Origin: Vibrio vulnificus CMCP6
Lineage (GTDB): Bacteria; Pseudomonadota; Gammaproteobacteria; Enterobacterales; Vibrionaceae
Reading direction: 5' to 3'
Assembly: GCF_000039765.1 (NCBI RefSeq)
Contig: NC_004459.3
Span: 3,166,104 to 3,198,103, forward strand
DNA: 32,000 bases
Part shown: piece by piece, positions 9,449 through 16,515 of the stretch
Layout of the letters: every line of letters begins with the position of its first letter
Numbering within the stretch: position 1 is the first letter of the stretch
Position numbers and translations under genes: made by a program
Notes under the pieces: model-generated
Told to the model about the DNA's origin: nothing
The model's database searches: none
The model's input: only the letters and a program-made list of their open reading frames with translations

Positions 9449-9952
9449 ATGCAGATACACACATTAGACAAAGCAAGCATCATTAACGAGCTGAGCTTCG
9501 GCAATGGCATTAGCCAAGCCGTTCAGCAAGGACGTCGTGCCGACTTTGCACTGCTGCTTTCGATGTTTTCTGAAGACGCTCGTCACATCACCCCCGTAGA
9601 ACAAATTGAAACGCAGGAAATGACGAATGCCGTGTTGCGTAAGCAATTTGGTTTGTCTGAACCTCAAAAATTGAGAAGCGATCAATCAAGTTACGCGATT
9701 TCTGCAGAACAAGCGAAACAGTTCCACAATGCAGGGCTTCCTTCTGCCAAACTGAGTCACTATCTCAGCGCAGAGCCATTGGCTTATATGCCAGAAGAGA
9801 CGTTTGATCTACCAGAAGAGGTTTATCAAAACCTTTCTGGGCACGAGCGAACAAAACTCGCAACCCCTGAAGTTAAATTGCTACCAGAAGCAGGGTTGTA
9901 CAACCACCTATCCACTGCACTGGTCAAAGCGAAATTTGCCGCTTACGCGTAA
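9449..9952 (+). CDS. Hypothetical soluble protein (167 aa from the ATG at 9449)
   Basis: ORF with a GGAGAG RBS before the ATG at 9449 (the track ORF starts at a GTG at 9416). No TM or signal peptide, no recognisable motif, and Q/E/S/P/A-rich composition suggesting low structural order. Confidence 0.55.
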   Translation: MQIHTLDKASIINELSFGNGISQAVQQGRRADFALLLSMFSEDARHITPVEQIETQEMTNAVLRKQFGLSEPQKLRSDQSSYAISAEQAKQFHNAGLPSAKLSHYLSAEPLAYMPEETFDLPEEVYQNLSGHERTKLATPEVKLLPEAGLYNHLSTALVKAKFAAYA

Positions 9953-10172
9953 CACGCTGTTTATCGTTGTATTTACTGGCATGGCACGGATCAACTTTGC
10001 TAGACGCTATGCGACAATTTTTCATCCCTCAGAACACCAAACTGTGACTGTTTACAAATATCTCATCATCTCTTTTGCACGATTAACCGTTGTTTGAAGT
10101 TATTCACACAGCGTACCCAATTTCTCACCCAAGATGAAAGTACGGTCTGAATGCTTGAGGGAGAGCAACGAG

Positions 10173-10856
10173 ATGGATATCAAGAACGCTTTGATTTTAG
10201 TGACGAGTGCGGGCTCATTATTGGGCAGAACAGTGGCAGCGCACTTTGCGCGTCTCGGTGCCATTGTTATTCTCTGCGACCAAGACCAAGCTGCATTGAA
10301 TGATACGCACAAAGAGCTTTATGCCATCACTCAAGATGTTTATCCGATCACCTTGCAAGACTACAGTCAATCTTCCATCCAATCCTTGTTTGACCACATT
10401 CAGGCACAGTTTAACCGAGTCCCTAATGTACTCGTAAACTGTTGGACCAGCTCTCCTCTGCCACTTTTGAATACTGAAGCAACATCAGAAGGCTTCATAG
10501 AAAAGCTATCAAGTACCGCAGGCGCACTATACGGCTATGTGCAAGTGTGCGCGGAACGAATGCGACGCACCGAAACGAAAGGCGTGATCGTTAATGTTAT
10601 TTCGCACGATGACCATCAAAATTTTACCGGTGTTGAGAGTGTGACTTCCCTAGTTTCGGGGTTTACCCACAGTTGGGCGAGAGAGCTCACCCCTTTTAAT
10701 ATTCGCGTTGGCGGTGTGATCCCTTCGATCTCTCATCTTCACGGACAAATAGACGCGACACATTGGGCTCAAGTGCAGGATGAACTCATTCGCAACGCTG
10801 AGTACATCGTCGCCAATGAGTATTTCAGTGGCAGAGTGGTGACCACCGAAATCTAA
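10173..10856 (+). CDS. Short-chain dehydrogenase/reductase-fold protein with degenerate cofactor and catalytic motifs
   Basis: Rossmann-like N-terminus ALILVTSAGSLLGRTVAAHFARLGAIVILCDQD and an SDR-like C-terminal stretch FTHSWARELTPFNIRVGGVIPS. The ATG at 10173 is preceded by GGGAGAG. See findings for the missing YxxxK. Confidence 0.75.
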   Translation: MDIKNALILVTSAGSLLGRTVAAHFARLGAIVILCDQDQAALNDTHKELYAITQDVYPITLQDYSQSSIQSLFDHIQAQFNRVPNVLVNCWTSSPLPLLNTEATSEGFIEKLSSTAGALYGYVQVCAERMRRTETKGVIVNVISHDDHQNFTGVESVTSLVSGFTHSWARELTPFNIRVGGVIPSISHLHGQIDATHWAQVQDELIRNAEYIVANEYFSGRVVTTEI

Positions 10857-10883
10857 CTGAACTCAAAAAATCAAACTGAAAAA

Positions 10884-10912
10884 AAGCCCCGGTCTTTCGA
10901 CTGGGGCTTTGA
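10884..10912. terminator. Bidirectional terminator between the SDR-like gene and adhE
   Basis: AAGCCCCGGTC-tttc-GACTGGGGCTT hairpin with an A-run upstream and a T-run downstream. On the minus strand it is followed by TTTTTCAGTTTGATTTTTT. Confidence 0.8.
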
Positions 10913-11007
10913 TCTTTTTCCCGATTTTTTTAGGTTTCGTGCTAGCGAAAACCTACCTCATTCCTGAGTCTTACTTCTTGCTGACACTTAGTGACTAAGT
11001 ATCAGAC

Positions 11008-13683
11008 TTATTTTTTCGCTTTTGGCGCTACTTGGTCTGCTTTCTTCTTGATTACAGTCGTACCTTCGAAAGTTTCACCTTCAACGAAAGCTTTACCGTA
11101 GTAAGAAGCCAGTAGAACTTCTTTTAGCTCAGCGATTAGTGGGTAGCGTGGGTTCGCACCAGTACACTGGTCATCGAACGCTTCTACTGCTAGTTCATCA
11201 ACTTTCGCTAGGAAGTCAGCTTCAGCAACACCTGCCGCTTGGATAGACATTGGGATGTCTAGGTTACCTTTTAGCTCATCCAACCATGCTAGTAGACGTT
11301 CAATCTTCTGAGCAGTGCGGTCACCAGCTTGGCTTAGGCCTAGGTGGTCAGCAACTTCAGCGTAACGACGACGTGCTTGTGGACGGTCGTATTGAGAGAA
11401 CGCAGTTTGCTTAGTTGGGTTATCGTTCGCGTTGTAACGTACCACGTTAGAGATAAGTAGAGCGTTCGCCAAACCGTGTGGTAGGTGGAACTCTGCACCG
11501 ATCTTGTGCGCCATAGAGTGACATACACCTAAGAACGCGTTCGCGAATGCGATACCAGCGATGGTCGCTGCGTTGTGTACTTTCTCACGAGCGATTGGGT
11601 CTTTTGCACCGTTCGCGTAGCTTGAAGGTAGGTACTCTTTTAGCATCTTAAGTGCTTGTAGAGCCTGACCATCTGAGTATTCGTTCGCAAGAACAGATAC
11701 GTAAGCTTCTAGAGCGTGAGTCACTGCATCGTAACCACCGAATGCGGTTAGAGACTTAGGCATGTTCATCACTAGGTTCGCATCTACGATTGCCATTTGA
11801 GGAGTCAATTCGTAATCCGCTAGTGGGTACTTAGCACCAGTCTTGTCGTCAGTCACAACCGCGAATGGTGTAACTTCTGAACCTGTACCTGAAGTGGTAG
11901 TGATACATACAAGTTCAGCTTTCTTACCCATTTTAGGGAACTTGTAGATACGTTTACGGATATCCATAAAGCGCATTGCAAGTTCTTCGAAGTGAGTTTC
12001 TGGGTGCTCGTACATTACCCACATGATCTTCGCAGCATCCATTGGTGAACCACCGCCTAGCGCTAGAATCACATCTGGCTGGAAGCTTTGCATTGCCGCT
12101 GCGCCTTTCTCTACAACAGATAGCGTTGGGTCAGCTTCAACATCAAAGAATGTTTGAACTTCCATGCCTTGAGCTTTAAGAAGTTGTACTACGTCATCTG
12201 CGTAACCGTTGTTGAATAGGAAACGGTCAGTTACTAGGAATGCGCGTTTCTTACCTTCTAGGTCGCTTAGTGCGATTGGAAGGCTACCACGACGGAAGTA
12301 GATTGACTTAGGTAGTTTGTGCCACAACATGTTTTCAGCTCGCTTCGCAACAGTTTTCTTGTTGATTAGGTGCTTAGGACCTACGTTCTCAGAGATAGAG
12401 TTACCACCCCATGAACCACAACCAAGAGTTAGAGATGGTGCAACGTTAAAGTTGTAAAGGTCACCGATACCACCGTGAGTAGTTGGGATGTTTACAAGGA
12501 TACGTGCAGTCTTCAGTTTGTCACCGAAGTAACGGATACGGTCTGCGTTTACGTCTTGGTTAGTGTATAGACCAGATGTGTGACCGATACCGCCGATTTC
12601 AACCATGGTTACTGCTTGTGCAACTGCGTCTTCGAAGTCATCAGCACGGAATAGACCTAGAGTTGGAGATAGCTTCTCGTGAGCAAATGCGTCATCGTAA
12701 GACACTTTGCCTAGGCCTTCACCAACGAGAACTTTAGTATCAGCAGGAACTTTAACACCTGCCATTTCAGCGATTGCTGCAGCTGGCTGGCCAACGATTT
12801 TCGCATTTAGTGCGCCATCGATTAGCAGTACTTTACGTACTTTTTCTGCTTCAGCTTTGCTAAGTACGTATGCTTTGTGAGAAGCAAAACGCTCTTTCAC
12901 TTCGTCGTATACTGCGTCAACAACGATTGCAGCTTGCTCAGAAGCACATACTACGCCGTTATCGAACGTCTTAGACATTAGGATAGATGCAACTGCACGT
13001 TTGATGTCCGCAGTTTCATCGATAACAACAGGAACGTTACCTGCACCTACACCGATTGCTGGCTTACCAGAAGAGTAAGCAGCTTTAACCATGCCTGGAC
13101 CACCAGTTGCAAGGATAAGTGCGATGTCATCGTGCTTCATAAGCGCGTTAGAAAGCTCTACAGATGGCTGGTCGATCCAACCGATGATGTCTTTTGGTGC
13201 GCCAGCTGCTACCGCTGCTTCTAGAACCAGTTTCGCTGCGTCGTTAGTCGAGTTTTTCGCACGTGGGTGTGGCGAGAAGATGATACCGTTACGAGTCTTC
13301 AAAGAGATCAGTGATTTGAAGATTGCAGTCGAAGTTGGGTTAGTGGTTGGAACGATACCGCAGATGATACCTACTGGTTCAGCGATAGTCATCGTACCTA
13401 GGTTGTCATCCTCTTCTAGGATGCCACACGTTTTTTCGTCCTTGTATTTGTTGTAGATAAACTCAGATGCAAAGTGGTTCTTGATTACTTTATCTTCAAC
13501 AATACCCATACCAGATTCTTCAACCGCCATTTGTGCTAGCGGGATACGAGCTTGGTTAGCGGCTAGAGAAGCTGCACGGAAGATTGCATCTACTTGCTCT
13601 TGAGAGTAAGTAGCGAACTCTTCTTGCGCTTTCTTAACGCGTGCAATCATCGCATCTAGTTCAGCCATATTAGTTACAGGCAT
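11008..13683 (-). CDS. adhE: Bifunctional acetaldehyde-CoA dehydrogenase / alcohol dehydrogenase
   Basis: 891 aa, colinear and highly similar to E. coli AdhE along the entire length (MPVTNMAELDAMIARVKKAQEEF...GCGSWGGNSISENVGPKHLINKKTVAKRAENMLWHKLPKSIYFRRGSLPIAL...). AGGAG RBS and strong codon bias. Confidence 0.98.
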   Translation of the reverse strand: MPVTNMAELDAMIARVKKAQEEFATYSQEQVDAIFRAASLAANQARIPLAQMAVEESGMGIVEDKVIKNHFASEFIYNKYKDEKTCGILEEDDNLGTMTIAEPVGIICGIVPTTNPTSTAIFKSLISLKTRNGIIFSPHPRAKNSTNDAAKLVLEAAVAAGAPKDIIGWIDQPSVELSNALMKHDDIALILATGGPGMVKAAYSSGKPAIGVGAGNVPVVIDETADIKRAVASILMSKTFDNGVVCASEQAAIVVDAVYDEVKERFASHKAYVLSKAEAEKVRKVLLIDGALNAKIVGQPAAAIAEMAGVKVPADTKVLVGEGLGKVSYDDAFAHEKLSPTLGLFRADDFEDAVAQAVTMVEIGGIGHTSGLYTNQDVNADRIRYFGDKLKTARILVNIPTTHGGIGDLYNFNVAPSLTLGCGSWGGNSISENVGPKHLINKKTVAKRAENMLWHKLPKSIYFRRGSLPIALSDLEGKKRAFLVTDRFLFNNGYADDVVQLLKAQGMEVQTFFDVEADPTLSVVEKGAAAMQSFQPDVILALGGGSPMDAAKIMWVMYEHPETHFEELAMRFMDIRKRIYKFPKMGKKAELVCITTTSGTGSEVTPFAVVTDDKTGAKYPLADYELTPQMAIVDANLVMNMPKSLTAFGGYDAVTHALEAYVSVLANEYSDGQALQALKMLKEYLPSSYANGAKDPIAREKVHNAATIAGIAFANAFLGVCHSMAHKIGAEFHLPHGLANALLISNVVRYNANDNPTKQTAFSQYDRPQARRRYAEVADHLGLSQAGDRTAQKIERLLAWLDELKGNLDIPMSIQAAGVAEADFLAKVDELAVEAFDDQCTGANPRYPLIAELKEVLLASYYGKAFVEGETFEGTTVIKKKADQVAPKAKK

Positions 13684-13831
13684 AGGGAATCTCCTAAAAT
13701 TAACAAATATTAAAAACTTTTTAGTAAGGCTACTTGTCTATCGTTTTTACTGTTTATCAGTAAGTTACTGAACAACCGACTTAGTAAATTGCTTTCAGGG
13801 CTGAGTATAATATTTCAGAGTGTGAAAAAAA

Positions 13832-13845
13832 TTGACTTGGATCAG
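13832..13845 (-). promoter_or_regulatory. Candidate FNR/CRP-family site (TTGAC-ttgg-ATCAG) with a class II-compatible -10 (TATACT, 13804..13809) for adhE
   Basis: 8/10 match to TTGAT-N4-ATCAA. On the minus strand a TATACT hexamer falls at -12..-7 if the site centre is placed at -41.5. An 8/10 match alone is expected by chance about a dozen times in 32 kb. Confidence 0.3.
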
Positions 13846-14016
13846 TTCACACACTCTAAATACCCCCAAAGTGGTGCTTTAGTACAACAAAAACCGCTAA
13901 TTCATTGATAAACAAGTAAATTAAAAGTTACTTTTGGTTGAGCAAAAAAGAAGCAAACGAACCAAAAGGTCAAATTAACAACAAAACCTTGTAAAAAAGT
14001 TTCATCATAAATCTAC

Positions 14017-14036
14017 AAAATTACATAAAATTACAT
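14017..14036. repeat. Perfect tandem direct repeat 2 x AAAATTACAT, bracketed by inverted CTAC/GTAG
   Basis: Read directly: CTAC AAAATTACAT AAAATTACAT GTAG at 14013..14040 in the adhE/ychE intergenic region. Confidence 0.9.
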
Positions 14037-14330
14037 GTAGACGAGAAATTCTGTGCTACTGAGAGTATATCCAAATGGTTAACTCGCTAAAGAAGCGCGC
14101 TTGGTTTTTATCAAAAATGTGCGAATGTTAACGTTTATGTAAATTGATTGGATGTTCGCGAAGGATTATACACAACAAAGTGTGACAAATTATTTTACAA
14201 CTCTTTCAATAATTAGTTTTTCTCAGCAATCAAACAGCTCACACGTTAGTTTTTTTCATTCGTGAAGTCGCGCAATATCGACTATATTTCGCCAACAATC
14301 TGTTCTCCTATCTTTCGTGTGGTTTCTCTA

Positions 14331-14969
14331 ATGCAAACGTTCGAAGTCGCTATCTTTTTGCAGTTTTTCTTAGGCTTAGTGGCCGCAGTAAACCCTGTGG
14401 GCATCATGCCAGTATTTGTGTCGCTTACAGGCCACATGACACCGGAAGAAAAATACAAAACCGCACTTACCGCCAATGTGGCGGTGGCGATTATTCTGAC
14501 CGTTTCATTGCTAGCCGGTCAGATGCTACTCGACATGTTTAGTATTTCTCTCGACTCCTTCCGCGTTGCCGGTGGTTTACTACTACTTAGCATCGCCTTT
14601 TCGATGATGAGCGGTAAGTTGGGTGAAGATAAACAAAACAAACAAGAGCAGTCGGAATACGTGAGTCGCGAACAAATTGGTGTTGTGCCTTTGGCAATGC
14701 CTTTAATGGCAGGCCCTGGTGCGATTAGCTCGACCATCGTTTATGGCTCTCGCTACCCAAGTATGTTCGATACCATGGGTATTGTGATCACTATAGTTGC
14801 CTTTAGCTTTTGCTCATGGCTGCTATTTCGCTCAGCGCCAATTATCGTTCGCTTTTTAGGGCAAACAGGCATCAACGTGATCACCCGTATTATGGGTCTT
14901 ATCTTGGGTGCACTCGGCATCGAGTTCATCGCCAATGGCCTGCGTAATCTCTTCCCCGGATTAGCCTGA
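14331..14969 (+). CDS. ychE: MarC-family (UPF0056) integral membrane protein, YchE-like
   Basis: MQTFEVAIFLQFFLGLVAAVNPVGIMPVFVSLT is a MarC-family N-terminus, with 6 predicted TM segments. Divergent adjacency to adhE is the same as in E. coli (adhE-ychE). I prefer the ATG at 14331 over the GTG at 14262. Confidence 0.85.
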   Translation: MQTFEVAIFLQFFLGLVAAVNPVGIMPVFVSLTGHMTPEEKYKTALTANVAVAIILTVSLLAGQMLLDMFSISLDSFRVAGGLLLLSIAFSMMSGKLGEDKQNKQEQSEYVSREQIGVVPLAMPLMAGPGAISSTIVYGSRYPSMFDTMGIVITIVAFSFCSWLLFRSAPIIVRFLGQTGINVITRIMGLILGALGIEFIANGLRNLFPGLA

Positions 14970-14990
14970 TTCCCGATTTAAAGGTATGAT

Positions 14991-15006
14991 GTTGCAACGT
15001 TTCAAC
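14991..15006 (+). promoter_or_regulatory. Candidate LacI-family (Cra/FruR-like) operator GTTGCAACGTTTCAAC
   Basis: 14/16 self-complementary. 13/16 match to the Cra consensus GCTGAAACGTTTCAGC, and the core TGCAACGTTTCA is 11/12. It lies 15 nt upstream of the K+ channel ATG. Confidence 0.35.
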
Positions 15007-15020
15007 TATGTCGCAGCATC

Positions 15021-15881
15021 ATGTCACGCCAGTCACTCAAGCATCATCTTTACGTTATTATTTTCGGTACGCACACGCCCGCAGGCAGAGCCTTTGATAT
15101 TGGCTTGATCATCGCGATTTTGACCTCGCTGCTGGTGCTTTTACTCGAATCTATCCCGTCGATTCGCGCTCAGTGGGCAAGCGAACTCAAATACCTTGAG
15201 TACGGTTTTACCGCCCTATTTACGCTCGAGTATTTGCTGCGTTTATATTGCTCACCAAAACCTGCCGCCTACGCACGCAGTTTTTATGGTGTGGTGGACT
15301 TACTGGCGATACTGCCGACCTATCTTGCCTTTTTATTCCCATCAGCGGCTTTTATGGGCGTAATTCGACTGCTGCGTGTGATGCGTATCTTCCGTATTCT
15401 GAAACTCGTCCGTTATTTGCAAGACTCAAATTTGCTGATGCGCTCCTTGCTGATGGCTCGAAGAAAAATACTGATATTTTTCAGTGCGGTGGCTATTTTG
15501 GTGACCATATTTGGCGCCCTGATCTACGTGATTGAAGGTCCGCACAATGGCTTTACCAGTATTCCCAAAAGTATCTACTGGGCCATTGTGACGATTACGA
15601 CCGTAGGCTATGGTGACCTCGTGCCACAAACCGATCTAGGCAAAGCCATCGCGTCGCTGACAATGTTACTCGGTTACTCAATTTTGGCAGTGCCGACGGG
15701 GATCATTACCGCCGAACTCAACCAAGAGATGAACTCACACCGGCAATTGGTCAAGTGCCCTAACTGCTCACGTGCTGGACATGAATCCGATGCACTCTTT
15801 TGCAAACACTGCGGCAGTGAACTGGCGGATCCCGATAAACGAGTGGTCGCCGTCCAAAACGCAGAAACCGACAAAAAATAA
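15021..15881 (+). CDS. Voltage-gated (6TM, Kv/KvAP-like) potassium channel with a C-terminal zinc ribbon
   Basis: S4 segment with basic residues at every third position (RLLRVMRIFRILKLVRY), pore helix plus TVGYGD selectivity filter (15600..15617), and a C-terminal CPNC-x11-CKHC motif (15756..15812). Confidence 0.9.
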   Translation: MSRQSLKHHLYVIIFGTHTPAGRAFDIGLIIAILTSLLVLLLESIPSIRAQWASELKYLEYGFTALFTLEYLLRLYCSPKPAAYARSFYGVVDLLAILPTYLAFLFPSAAFMGVIRLLRVMRIFRILKLVRYLQDSNLLMRSLLMARRKILIFFSAVAILVTIFGALIYVIEGPHNGFTSIPKSIYWAIVTITTVGYGDLVPQTDLGKAIASLTMLLGYSILAVPTGIITAELNQEMNSHRQLVKCPNCSRAGHESDALFCKHCGSELADPDKRVVAVQNAETDKK

Positions 15882-15899
15882 GCGCTCGTGTGAGCGCTT
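15880..15899. terminator. Hairpin between the convergent K+ channel and pilin genes
   Basis: AAGCGCTC-gtgt-GAGCGCTT. On the minus strand it is followed by ATTTTTTG, so it fits best as the pilin-gene terminator. The T-run on the plus strand is weak. Confidence 0.6.
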
Positions 15900-15929
15900 G
15901 ATTACCTTGTTACATGAGCCGTAGCGGCT

Positions 15930-16451
15930 TCAACATCCGTCTGTGATGGTTTCCACGGCAAAGTCCGCCCCCGGTTCCATCGCGGCGGTATATTTGACGT
16001 AGCAACGACTATCTTCAATGGCTTTATTGAAATCCACAATGTTGTCATCGGCCAACCATTGTGACTGCGTAATGATCCACCAATCGGGATCTGAGACTGA
16101 GCCATTATTGTGTGCAGCCCAAACCCATTCACGTTCTAAATCATGGTACCCCGTGTCAATTTGTAAGAAGCTTTCCATTCCACCACGCGAGACACTCGGA
16201 TAACCATATTGCACAATCCCGTAATTTGGCACGTGGTAGGATTCAATAGCTTCCATCCCTTCCACAGCGGCTTTTCCATACGCCATCTCCGCCGCATTCG
16301 TTACGGCGCCAGCTAAACCTTCGACGACGGAACGCCGTGCATCGGATTGCAAATTCAGGAATCTTGGCGCAGCGACCACCGCTAACACGGCAACAAGCAC
16401 AATCACTACGATCAATTCTATTAGTGTAAAACCTCTAAATTTCTTATACAT
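15930..16451 (-). CDS. Type IV pilin / pseudopilin-like protein (prepilin N-terminal cleavage/methylation domain)
   Basis: Class III signal MYKKFRG|FTLIELIVVIVLVAVLAVVAAPRF with Glu at +5, and a C-terminal Cys pair (C-x22-C at the very C-terminus). The ATG at 16451 gives a 7-residue leader; the track ORF starts at an upstream TTG. Confidence 0.85.
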   Translation of the reverse strand: MYKKFRGFTLIELIVVIVLVAVLAVVAAPRFLNLQSDARRSVVEGLAGAVTNAAEMAYGKAAVEGMEAIESYHVPNYGIVQYGYPSVSRGGMESFLQIDTGYHDLEREWVWAAHNNGSVSDPDWWIITQSQWLADDNIVDFNKAIEDSRCYVKYTAAMEPGADFAVETITDGC

Positions 16452-16515
16452 ACAGCACACCACTCTCAAAACCCACGCTAAAGTAGGTCATCAATGTCAA
16501 CGAACTGTCATTGAA

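Noticed and set aside
13091-13456. Long ORFs antisense to, or out of frame with, well-supported genes: 13091..13456 (+) in adhE, 16564..16977 (+) in asd, 27306..27800 (+) inside ktrB, 1561..1902 (-), 6087..6428 (-), 18812..19165 (-) and 8264..8638 (-).
   Set aside because: Each lies entirely within or across a gene whose product is recognisable along its full length. Their translations are Arg/Ser/Cys-rich low-information sequence typical of off-frame reading, and none has a convincing RBS.
14111-14140. ArcA-box-like TGTTAACGTTTATGTAA in the adhE/ychE intergenic region.
   Set aside because: The direct-repeat phasing is 12 bp rather than 11, and the second half-site is degenerate (TGTAA). This is not distinguishable from AT-rich background.
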